Assembly: GCA_964016885.1 (NCBI GenBank) | Contig: OZ024745.1 | Coordinates: forward strand, 62,001 to 126,000 | Length of the DNA stretch: 64,000 nucleotides | Source: Eledone cirrhosa | Taxonomy: Eukaryota | Reading direction: 5' to 3' | Shown: positions 1-11,930 of the stretch, piece after piece | How the letters are laid out: each line of letters opens with the position of its first letter | Position numbering within the stretch: the first letter of the stretch is position 1 | Notes under the pieces: generated by a model | Seen by the model: only the letters and a program-made list of their open reading frames with translations | Databases searched by the model: none | What the model was told of the DNA's origin: nothing | Program-made: the position numbers and the translations under genes

Positions 1-191
1 AACCAAGCCAAGAATGGATCATACGAGCAAGACATGGTCATTTGACTAGACTAACCTCACAACATACCCTGTCTAACCCATTTAAGCATGGAAAACTAGA
101 CGTTAATCAGTAATGATGATGATGATGAATTACCATTACTATGGACAACCATGCTAGCGTGGAAGATGGACGTTAAAAGATGATGATGATG
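1..191 (+). mobile_element. 3' tail remnants of the RTE-LINE/SINE family ending in (GAT)n
   Basis: aacccat...agcatggaaaa..gacgttaa..gatgatgat occurs twice; same tail as the RTE copies. Confidence 0.75.
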
Positions 192-831
192 AAAAAGTGC
201 TTTGCATTGGTTTGAAGGGAAAAATTATTTGATTTGAACTTTAGAAGTGCTGAAGCCATTCAATTTGGTATTTCAGATATTAATGACAACTATTAGGAAA
301 AGTCAACATAGGACATATGTGTGTGTGTGTGGTGGGGCGGGGGATGGTAGTTGTTTTACAATTCCAAGAAATGTAACTGGTAAAATAAAAGCTGTACATT
401 TTTATTGTAATTCTTTAAAGATTGCTATTATTATTGACTAATTCCACTATTACAATTAACAACATTAATATTGATATGTAGCAATAAGTTCTCAGCAAAA
501 CAAACCTCTGACCTAACTTAGAACCATATCGCTGATGTCCCTTCCGCTAAAAACTTGATGTTTTACAATTAAAAAGAATGATAAGAATGCAAAGAAGATT
601 GCAGAGAAGCAACTGGTGAAAAGATAAATAACAACATGAAGAATGCAATGGAAAAGAAGAAGATAAAGCTGTCACTGTCTTTATTATTCCATAATGGTTA
701 ACACTCCATCTATACTAAAATAAAGCTGTTATTGTATTTATTATCCCATAATGGTTAACACTCCACCTATACTAAGGTGGTGTATAACAAAAATAATGAT
801 TTCTTTCTCTAGAAAAGAAATTAATAATATA

Positions 832-960
832 AGGCGGTGAATTGGCAGAGTCGTTAGAACAGATAAAATGTTTTGTAGTATTTGTTCCAGCTCTCTCATC
901 TCTCAGTTCAAATCCTGCCAAGGACAACTTTGGTACTTTTTTTTTATCAACCTTGAATGG
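832..960 (+). mobile_element. Decayed tRNA-derived SINE head (family B)
   Basis: aaggcggtgaattggcagagtcgttag...agttcaaatcctgcc aligns to the 51963 copy. Confidence 0.65.
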
Positions 961-2164
961 ATGAACGGCAGTCTAGTATTGAGATAGATTCTTCCTCTAT
1001 ATCTCCTTCTCTGGAAGAAATCTGCTGTTCTCAGACCTGGAGAGGAGATGGACTCCACCAGGTTTAAAAACAGCCCTAGAAACACCATATGTCAATATGG
1101 CGCCCCTACAACTCTCTCAGGAGTTACAGGTCTATACCATACCAACAATGGTCATTTTATTATTTTAAATAGGTTCAAACATGAAGGACAATGAAATATT
1201 GTGACTTTTCCCAACAGTATTAGTGGTCTAAGAGAAATTGCTTAAACCAGCAATGAAAACTGGATCAAGGGTTTATCAATAGCATTATTAATTAAAACAA
1301 TTATTTTAAAGTAACTGAAAGGTAAGAGGGAAAATCTGAGACAGTAAAGAACCAAACTAAATCATTTGCTGTATACAATTTTTTTCTGAATTTAAATCCC
1401 AGCAAAGTTTCCCCTTTCATCTAACTGGAGTTAATACCAGTAAGATACTAGGTTTAATAATAGAAATATGAAGACATCCCTACAAAATATTTATATAGAA
1501 AACAAAACAAAACAAAATGTAATATTCTTCTTTTAAATTTTATTTTAAAACATTTTAAATCTTAATAAATTGAAAACAAACTCTGACAAATTAAATTTTC
1601 AGAACCCAATCATTGAGATTCTTTCCAATTATGTTTTTATAGCAGATAGAGCCTCTATATGGTCATTGAATCTATGAGAAAAAGCAGCCAAATCTTAAGA
1701 AGTCAAGCAATAATGTAATCCTAAATATACTCTTAAAAAGACAGTGTGGTTATTCCAGCCATGACCAATCTTTTAATAGATATTCTAAAATCTTTAGAAA
1801 ATTTCACAATAAACTCAAAATCTATCTTTTCTATCAGAAGTCTATTTATAAATGTATCAGTTCTATGTAAAGATATATTTTTTATTCATCTCAGACACAT
1901 AGAAGCAAGACATGCTTATCTGACTAGACTGACCTCAGAACATAACCCGTCTAACCCATTAAGCACTCACAACTCACACACTGTCAAACATGAATAGATT
2001 TAATAACAATGTAACTTGCAAGTGTATTTAATACGTGGTTCTCTTCAAACTAAATCTTATTTATATCTATAACAGAACCTGCTACTTTTGGGGGAGAAAG
2101 ATTTCCTTTTAAAATGAGGCCAAGGTAATTATTTCACATAATACTGTGTTCATACACACAAAGC

Positions 2165-2260
2165 TTATTACTACTAGTACATAACCCGGTTTTATGGGGG
2201 AATATATTACTACTAGTACATAACCCGGTTTTATGGGGGAATATATTACTACTAGTACAT
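2165..2260. repeat. 39-bp tandem repeat, about 2.5 copies
   Basis: ttactactagtacataacccggttttatgggggaatata repeated. Confidence 0.9.
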
Positions 2261-2746
2261 GACCAGTTGTATGAAGGGAATTTATTATAATCACTTTCTT
2301 CACAACTTGTAACAAAGCTACATTAATACACACACCACACACATATGCACATGTGTGTGTGGTGTGTGTATACTTACAGTATAAACAGACACTGGTCTCT
2401 CTGAGACGCAGGACATGGTGGCAATAATGAAGGACAGAGGCCGCTGGAGAGAAGTTGTCCATGGATGTCAGGAATCCACCCTAGATAGATACAGTGTACA
2501 TTTAACAACTGGTTCTGTTAGTGTATGTGCCAAAACCTAACCTTTAAACATATCATCATCATTATTAAACATCTGTTTTCTCTTCTAGCAAGGGCTGGAC
2601 AGCTCTTCACAGACCTAGTCAGTACTCAAGCAGGGCTATCTTCTAGCAAGGGCTGGACAGCTCTTCACAGACCTAGTCAGTACTCAAGCAGGGCTACTGA
2701 CCCCCGCCTCCCCGACAGGCCATGGGTCCGCAACTTGCTTATATAC

Positions 2747-3312
2747 ACTGGTTCTAAGACAGAATATCTGGCACTGGTTCTAGGACAGAATATCTGGCAC
2801 TGGTTCTAGGACAGAATATCTGGCACTGGTTCTAGGACAATATCTGGCACTGGTTCTAAGACAGAATATCTGGCACTGGTTGTAGGACAATATCTGGCAC
2901 TGGTTCTAAGACAGAATATCTGGCACTGGTTGTAGGACAATATCTGGCACTGGTTCTAGGACAGAATATCTGGCACTGGTTCTAGGACAGAATATCTGGC
3001 ACTGGTTCTAGGACAGAATATCTGGCACTGGTTGTAGGACAATATCTGGCACTGGTTCTAAGACAGAATATCTGGCACTGGTTGTAGGACAATATCTGGC
3101 ACTGGTTCTAGGACAATATCTGGCACTGGTTCTAGGACAGAATATCTGGCACTGGTTCTAGGACAGAATATCTGGCACTGGTTCTAGGACAGAATATCTG
3201 GCACTGGTTGTAGGACAATATCTGGCACTGGTTCTAGGACAGAATATCTGGCACTGGTTGTAGGACAATATCTGGCACTGGTTCTAGGACAGAATATCTG
3301 GCACTTGTTCTA
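2747..3312. repeat. 26/24-bp minisatellite, about 22 copies
   Basis: Unit cactggttctaggacagaatatctgg with a 2-bp-shorter variant. Confidence 0.95.
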
Positions 3313-3914
3313 ACTGTAGTCATCACCATCATTTTAACATCTATCTATCCCTAGCAATGGTTGGACAGGTCTCCATAAACCAAGTCAGTACTGAAGAGGA
3401 GCCACAGATCTCTCAGACAGGTCAGGGATCTGCATCTCTCTTATGTATAGTCATATGTTCGACTGCACAGGAGAGGTTCTTAAGTCTTTGACACAACTGA
3501 GGGTTCTCTCAAATCTTTGTTTAGCAAAATTTCTACCCCTAGATGTCCTTCCTATTACCAACCACTTTACATCATGTACTGGGGCATTTATTGTGTAGAC
3601 CTCAAACACTAAAGAGGTTATCATGTCCTTGACTGAAGGGGCCTCCAAACCCTTTCTTTGGCAAGCCTTCTATATTTTTCTCTCAGTTGTGTATTTCAAA
3701 TAGACATTTAAATATTAACTAAAAAATAATTTAGTATTTTTATGAGTTTTTGACAAATAATGATTCAAAAGAGTTGATAGTTGTGATTGTATCAGTTTAC
3801 AGATGTTATTGCAGTAGATTAAATTATATTCAAACAACAAAATTAAATTTATAATAATGTATTAGTATTTTCTAATTAATATAGAAATATATTTTTCCTC
3901 CCTCAAATGTGAAA

Positions 3915-4075
3915 TAATTGTTTCTACATTTGGCACAAGGCCATCAATTACCCAGTACATTACTGGTACTTTATTTTATCGACCCCATAAGGATGAAAGG
4001 CAAAGTTAACCTCGGCGGGATTTGAACTCAGATCGTAAAGGGACGTAACTATACTGGAAATAATGGCGTCCCGCA
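3915..4075 (-). mobile_element. tRNA-derived SINE, family B, 5'-truncated
   Basis: Reverse complement of the 51963 copy (ggcacaaggcc...ggtactttattttatcgacccc...gatttgaactcag). Confidence 0.85.
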
Positions 4076-4099
4076 AATATGAAATAATGAAATACTTAC

Positions 4100-4135
4100 A
4101 GGTGAGCTAGTATCTTCCTCTGGTAACGTTCGAGT
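4100..4135 (-). CDS. NEDD4: 36-nt exon (TRTLPEEDTSSP), phase 0-0
   Basis: tttttcttctattttgattag|ACTCGAACG...TCACCT|gtaagta; strong splice sites, open in the required phase; no homology motif recognised. Confidence 0.75.
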
Positions 4136-4243
4136 CTAATCAAAATAGAAGAAAAACAAAATCAATAGAAAGTTAAGATAAATTCCTTAACTATCCAACC
4201 CTACATGTTGTTCTGTTATGATCTAGGCCTTTATCTCTATATA

Positions 4244-4362
4244 CAGGGTGGTGCAAAAGTCCTGCACCACCCTATCACAAGAAAAACTTACAAAAATAAC
4301 AAATATGAAGATATTATAGCAAAATGTTATTTTTAATGGTGCACAACTTTTTCACCACCCTG
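4244..4362. mobile_element. 119-bp Tc1/mariner-type MITE
   Basis: TA|cagggtggtgcaaaagt ... actttttcaccaccctg|TA: terminal inverted repeats with TA target duplication. Confidence 0.8.
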
Positions 4363-5070
4363 TATATTTAATATTTCCAACTCTAACTTCACTTGAACTT
4401 ACCATGACCAATCAGAGCTAATGAAGAAATCAGTAGTCACTCGACCAGCTAGAAATAGCAACCAAATATCCTCATATGACACCCTACTGTCTTAAAAAAA
4501 GGAAAGTTACAATGGATAATGTAATATTAGATCTGTATCTATGGACCTTTAACTCCTTAGGGAAGTTTTTAAACCTGGCAGAACCCATATCCTCTCCACA
4601 TCTGGTTACAGCCACGTGATGATTCTTAGCCATTTTTGAATTCATTTCTGGCGGCGACCACTGTAGAAATTTTAGTCCAAACCTGAGGGGTCTCTTGATA
4701 AGCTCTAAGCCTCATGGATAATACCAAGATCGGACATATCCACAAAGTACGAGCAAAACTATCGATAGTCGGGACTAGAGGAATTTTGGTAAAGTTTATA
4801 TGTATTTTTTCTTCTAACTTATATTTTAGACTTAGCTCCGTTTAATTGATTATTTGTCTAGTTAATTTCTACGGGCTAAGAGGAAAGACTTGATAAATTT
4901 TATCTGACTGTTCCTAGTGGAAAATAGTCTGTATCATTTGTCTATTATTTCTTCATGGTTACATTTTAAACTTATAGCTCCGTTTAAATGATTATTTATC
5001 TAGTTGATTTCTTATGGACTAGGGTGAAGAAAGACTGGATATATTTTATCTAATAATTCTTCAAACTTGC

Positions 5071-5076
<6 letters not shown>

Positions 5077-5140
<64 letters not shown>
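5077..5140. repeat. (TA)n microsatellite
   Basis: Pure dinucleotide run. Confidence 0.99.
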
Positions 5141-5142
<2 letters not shown>

Positions 5143-5369
5143 CGAAAGCATGAAAGTACTTGTTCAATTAACACTTAACATTTAATATTCTATCATACTA
5201 TTTCATTCTAATACCATTATAAATTTTAAAGCTTTGTAAATAAAACGAGTAAATCAGACAAAGTTGGAATTCCTCTTATTAATATAATCTTCTATACACA
5301 ATCATACACACCCGTGTATATTTATCTATCTCTCTCTCTATATATATAGAGAGATAGATAGACCTCTTT

Positions 5370-5665
5370 CCATACACTCCCCACACCCCCAACACCTACT
5401 TCTGTCTACATCACCATGTTGGTATCACAACAAAAAAGCATCTAGCCCACATTGTAAAGTGGTCGTGTAGGTGTCATGACAAAAAGCTCCCAGTCCACAC
5501 TGTAAATGAGATTGGCTTTAGGAAGGGCTTCTAGCCGTAGAAATTTAGCCCGAAACAGTTCTATATGAGCAAGACAGTCACCTGACCCAACTTGCCTCTA
5601 ATGGGACAACCGGTTTAACCCATGCTAGCATGGAAAATGGATGTTTAACGATGATGTTGGTGATA
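5370..5665 (+). mobile_element. RTE-LINE 3' UTR fragment
   Basis: Contains the cccagtccacactgtaaa module, aggaagggc..c.agccgtagaaa and the terminal ccatgctagcatggaaaatgga.gtttaacgatgat. Confidence 0.75.
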
Positions 5666-6524
5666 ATATATATATTTATATCTGGGATAATTGTGGCTGT
5701 AATGTCTGATCATAGATTTGCTTGATCCAAACTAACCTGGGGCTAAACAATTATTTAATTTTAGCAACTTTTCCTCTTTTAGCACAATACTTCCTCTTTT
5801 TTATCATTAGTAACAATTCTAAAATACCATTACATTTAATGCTAAACCTTTGAAAGTTTTGTTATTTTCTGTAGCATTGTGTATCCCACTTATAGTTGAT
5901 GCTTTAGAACAGAAGGAAATAGAGATGTAGTATAAAGCCTGTCCCCAACTACCTCATGCAAGACAAAACACCTTCAGTCTGTTTGGATTCACGATCCATG
6001 AACCAGAAGTCAAAGATGAACAGTCACTTTTATATCTAAATAAAGCTGTAACTTGTAAACTATATTTTACTATTATGTTAATGAAAACATTGTTTATTGT
6101 TATTTTGAAGTACTGCATATTCTTGTTGTGTTGTTTGTCACATGGGTTTGTTGTATTCTATGGTTAAGAATATATATATTATTAGCAATCTTGTTTGTCT
6201 ATTCACTTGATACCAAGGATTTGGGGAAAATTGCTTCCCTTACATCTCTGCTTCAATCCCATAACTAATGGCCACATTAACCATCAAATTAACCAACCAA
6301 ATATTTCTGCTAAACTAGCATGGGTTGAAGGCTAGGCATGCTGTACAGCTTATTACCACTTGCTTTGATCCTGTGTCATGTCATTGGTGCCCAACTCTCA
6401 TATCTGAACTCACCACTTTTTATTATGTCATCTTTTGCCAACCACCCCTCCCCTTCTATCATACTTATAGGCAGAAACAATTTGAGGTAGAAGTCAAAAG
6501 AAAGTAAAAGGAAAAGTGGTGAAA

Positions 6525-7115
6525 TCATGTCAAGACTGAGCCTCACAGATGAGATAATACAGGATCATATGTCAAGACTGAGCCTCACAGATGAGATAAT
6601 ACAGGATCATATGTCAAGACTGAGCCTCACAGATGAGATAATATAGGATTACATGTCAAGACTGAGCCTCACAGATGAGATAATACAGGATCACATGTCA
6701 GGACTGAGCCTCACAGATGAGATAATACAGGATCACATGTCAGGACTGAGCCTCACAGATGAGATAATATAGGATTACATGTCAGGACTGAGCCTCACAG
6801 ATGAGATAATATAGGATCACGTGTCAGGACTGAGCCTCACAGATGAGATAATACAGGATCATATGTCAAGACTGAGCCTCACAGATGAGATAATATAGGA
6901 TTACATGTCAGGACTGAGCCTCACAGATGAGATAATATAGGATTACATGTCAGGACTGAGCCTCACAGATGAGATAATATAGGATTACATGTCAGGACTG
7001 AGCCTCACAGATGAGATAATATAGGATCACGTGTCAGGACTGAGCCTCACAGATGAGATAATATAGGATTACATGTCAAGACTGAGCCTCACAGATGAGA
7101 TAATACAAGTTCATA
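6525..7115. repeat. 42-bp minisatellite, about 14 copies
   Basis: Unit tgtcaggactgagcctcacagatgagataatataggattaca. Confidence 0.95.
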
Positions 7116-7220
7116 TGCAACAATGTGTTGTACGACAAATCTGAGAATGAAGAAAGCTGAAGATAAAAGGAGAATAAGCTGTTGGTAATAGTGAAATAGT
7201 TATGTGAAGAAGAGATTTAC

Positions 7221-7374
7221 CACTGGTGGTGGTGTTTCTTCAGCACTCTCACTTCCTGATGTGTTTAAACTTATTGTATCTTCTTGGCTAATGTGTCTAC
7301 GTTGCCGATATAGTTGTGCAACTTCCATACTGCGTTGCCTCTGAAGTTCCAACTGGGATGGTTGTGCAGCAGGC
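7221..7374 (-). CDS. NEDD4: NEDD4-family linker exon (PAAQPSQLELQRQRSMEVAQLYRQRRHISQEDTISLNTSGSESAEETPPPV), 154 nt, phase 2-0
   Basis: ccttacag|GCCTGCT...CCAGTG|gtaaat; open frame in the expected phase; RQRRHISQED matches NEDD4L RSRRHISED. Confidence 0.92.
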
Positions 7375-7613
7375 CTGTAAGGACAATAGAATTAATTAGT
7401 AACAGCTGAGAAAATAATTATATTATAAGTCAACAGAGCTGGTTTCACAGAGAAATCTGTTTTTGTTTTTATAGCTTGTGGGAAAATTGAATGATGTTCT
7501 CAGAAGATATGGTTCCTATTCCTGAAAGTCATGAGAAATGCAGTTCTGGGCAGACAAAACTCCAGTAAAAAGCTTTCACTAAACTGAAACCTATAAATTT
7601 TACCTACATACAT

Positions 7614-8004
7614 GGAGGCACATGGCTCAGTGGTTAGAGTATTGGCCTTGCAATCGAAAGGTTGTGAGTTCAATTCTCAGACTGGGTGATGTGTTGTTTC
7701 CTTGAGCAAGACACTTTATTTCACATTGCTCCAGTTTACTCAGCTGTAGAAATGAGATGATAGGACTGGGGTCCCTATCATTCCACTGCAAAGTGGTCGT
7801 GGAGGTGCGACAGAAAAAAAAGCACCCAGCACTCACTGTAAATGAGGTTGGTGTTAGGAAGGGCATCCAGCTGTAGAAATCAAGCCAGAATCAGTTCCCT
7901 TATGAGCAAGACAGGTCAGCCGACCGGACACTGGCCACAACAGGACAACCCGTCTAACCCATGCTAGTGTGGAAGAACGGACGTAAAACAGTGATGATGA
8001 TGAT
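7614..8004 (+). mobile_element. Full-length tRNA-derived SINE, family A (CORE-like centre, RTE-derived tail)
   Basis: A box tggctcagtgg, B box gagttcaattc, ccttgagcaagacacttta resembling the CORE domain, tail shared with the RTE 3' end, (GAT)n terminus. Confidence 0.9.
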
Positions 8005-8494
8005 ACATGAACTAAATGTTTGTGGTGTTTATAACACACCTCCATATATACACCCATATATATATATTTACACACTTTTTCCAGAGAGATTCCATATGTG
8101 ATAAGGGGGTGGGTGTCCCTGCAGTTTCAGCCATTTACATAAAATTGTTATAGCTGGAGGTTGTTGTTTCAGGACAACTATGGTGGCACTGGCAACAACA
8201 ACAGATAGAAGGGAGAAAAAGAGAAAAAAGAAAAAGAGAAACAAAAAGAAACAGAAAAGGAAAAGGAAAAAAACCCAAAGAAATACAAAAAAGAACAAAA
8301 ATAATAAAATGAAGAATAAAAACAAGAAAAAATTGAAAATGAAAGAAAAAGAAAAAGAAAAAGAAAAAGAAAAAGTTTTTAAAGCTATGGAAGTATTGAA
8401 ACTATAATTAAGACTGATTAACATTGGAAACAGTTTCAGTTGTTTTTAATACAGAATATAAAAATATGAAAGAGTAAAGCATTAATACTCCTTC

Positions 8495-8740
8495 CCCATC
8501 TCTACCTCTCTCTTTCTCCACCTCTACCTCCCTCTCTCTCCACCTCTATATCTCTCTCTCTCCACCACTACCTCCCTTTCTCCACCACTACCTCCCTTTC
8601 TCCACCTCTACCTCTCTCTCCACCACTACCTCCCTCTTTCTCCACCTCTATATCTCTCTCTCTCCACCACTACCTCCCTTTCTCCACCTCTTCCTCCCTC
8701 TCTCTCCACCTCTCGCTATCTCCCTCTTGCCCCACCTCTC
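8495..8740. repeat. CT-rich degenerate simple repeat
   Basis: Repeated tctccacctctacctccc variants. Confidence 0.85.
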
Positions 8741-8799
8741 TGTATAATAGAAACATATCAACACTGGGCAAATAATAAACAGGTGTATAAGACACTAAG

Positions 8800-9025
8800 T
8801 GAGATTTGTAGACACCTTCAGTCACAAATGACTATAGTTTTGCAACTAGAAAGTTCTCCTCAAACCTGGCCAAGGTATTTTTGTGGAAGACCAGGAGTTG
8901 CCCATGTATGCCAGTCCATAGCATTGATGTTGTCTAATGTAAAGTCAATGGCCAATACAGCTTGGCACCAGTGACCTCGCTACTCATTTCTACAGCTGAG
9001 TAAACTGGAGCAACATGAAATAAAG
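8800..9025 (-). mobile_element. SINE fragment, family D
   Basis: Reverse complement of part of 53255-53550 (tggaagacc, acagcttgg.accagtga, catttctacagctgagtaaactgg). Confidence 0.7.
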
Positions 9026-9037
9026 ATTGGAATCATA

Positions 9038-10290
9038 CTGACCCCACAAGACTTCACCAGTCCTTACCCTAGATTGGTACCAGACTGACCCCACAAGACT
9101 TCACTAGTCCCTACCCTAGATTGGCACCAGACTGACCCCACAAGACTTCACCAGTCCCTACCCTAGATTGGTACCAGACTGACCCCACAAGACTTCACCA
9201 GTCCCTACCGTAGATTGGTACCAGACTGACCCCACAAGACTTCACCAGTCCCTACCCTAGATTGGTACCAGACTGACCCCACAAGACTTCACTAGTCCCT
9301 ACCCTAGATTAGTACCAGACTGACCCCACAAGACTTCACTAGTCCCTACCCTAGATTAGTACCAGACTGACCCCACAAGACTTCACTAGTCCCTACCCTA
9401 GATTAGTACCAGACTGACCCCACAAGACTTCACCAGTCCCTATCCTAGATTAGTACCAGACTGACCCCACAAGACTTCACCAGTCCCTACCCTAGATTGG
9501 TACCAGACTGACCCCACAAGACTTCAGTCCCTACCCTAGATTGGTATACTGACCCCACAAGACTTCACCAGTCCCTACCCTAGATTGGTACCAGACTGAC
9601 TCCGCAAGACTTCACTAGCCCCTAGCCTAGATTGGTACAAGACTGACCCCAAAAGACTTCACCAGTCCCTACCCTAGATTGGTACCAGACTGACCCCACA
9701 AGACTTCACTAGTCCCTACCCTAGATTGGTACCAGACTGACCCCGCAAGACTTAACCAGTCCCTACCCTAGATTGGTACCAGACTGACTCCACAAGACTT
9801 AACCAGTCCCTACCCTAGATTGGTACCAGACTGACCCCACAAGACTTCACTAGTCCCTACCCTAGATTAGTACCAGACTGACCCCACAAGACTTCACCAG
9901 TCCCTACCCTAGATTGGTACCAGACTGACTCCGCAAGACTTCACTAGCCCCTAGCCTAGATTGGTACAAGACTGACCTCAAAAGACTTCACCAGTCCCTA
10001 CCCTAGATTGGTACCAGACTGACCCCACAAGACTTCACTAGTCCCTACCCTAGATTAGTACCAGACTGACCCCACAAGACTTCACCAGTCCCTACCCTAG
10101 ATTGGTACCAGACTGACTCCGCAAGACTTCACTAGCCCCTAGCCTAGATTGGTACAAGACTGACCCCAATAGACTTCACCAGTCCCTACCCTAGTTTGGT
10201 ATCAGACTGACCCCACAAGACTTCACCAGTCCCTACCCTAGATTGGTACCAAACTGACCCCACAAGACTTCCCAGTCCCTACCCTAGATA
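9038..10290. repeat. 47-bp minisatellite, about 26 copies
   Basis: Unit ctgaccccacaagacttcaccagtccctaccctagattggtaccaga; first two copies start at 9038 and 9085. Confidence 0.95.
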
Positions 10291-10409
10291 GGTTCTTTAT
10301 TTATTGACCCCACAATGATAGAAACCAAAGTTGTATAAATAATTTATAAAATCAAAGATTCATTATTTATGTCAGTCTAGGTGTTGTTCTAACTCGTCCT
10401 TATTCCCTA

Positions 10410-10615
10410 ACACAGGTGTGTTCTAACTGGCCTTTTAACTAACAATTAACCTCTTATACTAACATAGGTGTGTTCTAACTGGCCTTTTAACTAACAATTA
10501 ACCTCTTATACTAACATAGGTGTGTTCTAACTGCCTTTTAACTAACAATTAACCTCTTATACTAACATAGGTGTGTTCTAACTGGCTTTTAACTAACAAT
10601 TTACCCCTGATACTA
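10410..10615. repeat. About 52-bp tandem repeat, 4 copies
   Basis: aggtgtgttctaactggccttttaactaacaattaacctcttatactaacat. Confidence 0.9.
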
Positions 10616-11071
10616 AAACCGTTTTTCATCCCTCATAAAAATGAATATAACACATATCAATGAAAACCTCAACTATGTTAAGGGGACATCAGGGGTTATG
10701 TGATCATAAGGAAAATAACCACATAAAAACACAACAGTATAATAAAACTCTTATAAGTGACCCACAAATCAAACTGATTTGTTAATTCTAAAATATGTTG
10801 GGAAGCCTACTGCAATGTTCTTCTTAAACCATCCATTGCCTCCATTTAAAGTTCTTACCAGCCACACAGCTTCACACCTGCCTCTACGAGGTGGCAACTT
10901 TTTCAGTGTATTTAACACAGCAATCACAATCTAACAAAATACTCCTCTTTCCATATAGAGTAATATTAAAGAAACAGCAGTGTATATTATACAGGAGAGA
11001 TGTTTGTCTGCAATTTCATTATCCATAATTAGGGGTGTATATTTTACACATACACACACACACATTTATTA

Positions 11072-11212
11072 ATTTATTAAAATAACAGATTAAAGTTTAA
11101 GCAAAGAATCGCTGCTTTCACCCTTAACGGGATCTTCTGAAACTCAGAAGATCCTGTTAAGGGTGAAAGCAGCGATTCTTTGCTTAAACTTTAATCTGTT
11201 ATTTTAATAAAT
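11072..11212. repeat. Near-perfect inverted repeat: 69-bp arms, 3-nt loop, one mismatch
   Basis: 11072-11140 is the reverse complement of 11144-11212 except at 11129. Confidence 0.97.
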
Positions 11213-11790
11213 ATTTGCTCTACGGTTCTTATATATTTGATATATATTTATCCTTATCGAGCCATCTTTGGATTTTAGTCTTCAAATTTATTATTATTAC
11301 TATTATTATTATTACTATATATATGAGATTATAATGTAACAGTTCACTATTTTCATTGGTAAGAAGAGTTAAGCTCAATACACTCTTTTATTGGTCGTTT
11401 TTCAGGAGTGAACATTAACTGAATGACTAAAGGGCAGTTGCAGAACATTTACAATTCAATAAGACCAAATATGTATATGATTCTCTTTGAAACAATGTTC
11501 TAAGGAGTAAATTTCTTTTACTATGTTATTTTGACAGAAAACAACCAAGTCAATAATTCTCTGGAGTAGGAATGGAATATAAAAGAATTAAAAGAATGGT
11601 GATTTGAAATATTTCAGCTAAACAATTTTTGATGCAAACAAAAGCAGAAAGAGAATTTGAGAGACAAAGACCTACTATATAGAAGGAAGTGTACTACATG
11701 TTATATTTGTTATAAAATATGATATTTTTAGTTTAAATATGATATCTAGTTTATACTTAGTATAAAATATATCTAATTTATACTTAGTAC

Positions 11791-11930
11791 ATAATTGTTT
11801 CTACTTTAGGCACAAGGCCAGCAATTACCCAGTGTATTACTGGTACTTTATTTTATCGACCCCGTCAGGATGACAGGCAAAGTCAACCTCGGCGGGATTT
11901 GAACTCAGATCGTAAAGGGACGTAAACTAG
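11791..11930 (-). mobile_element. SINE family B, 5'-truncated, with target-site duplication
   Basis: Matches the 3915 and 54610 copies; ttatacttagtacataat on both sides. Confidence 0.85.

Noticed and set aside
4403-4417. 15-nt micro-exon-like pattern cattag|CTCTGATTGGTCATG|gtaagt
   Set aside because: In this phase-0 intron it reads CTC TGA (stop) and it overlaps a dispersed repeat
5322-5362. Short palindromes of mixed microsatellites (also 19892-19930, 23040-23110)
   Set aside because: Expected from adjacent complementary dinucleotide runs
7622-7690. SINE heads as tRNA genes (also 15870, 21815, 61210)
   Set aside because: No acceptor stem; they continue into SINE bodies
8180-8407. Lys-rich plus-strand ORF
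   Set aside because: Translation of an A/G-rich low-complexity tract
2747-10290. Regular 26-, 42- and 47-bp arrays as CRISPR-like loci
   Set aside because: Head-to-tail units with no unique spacers, no cas genes, eukaryotic intron
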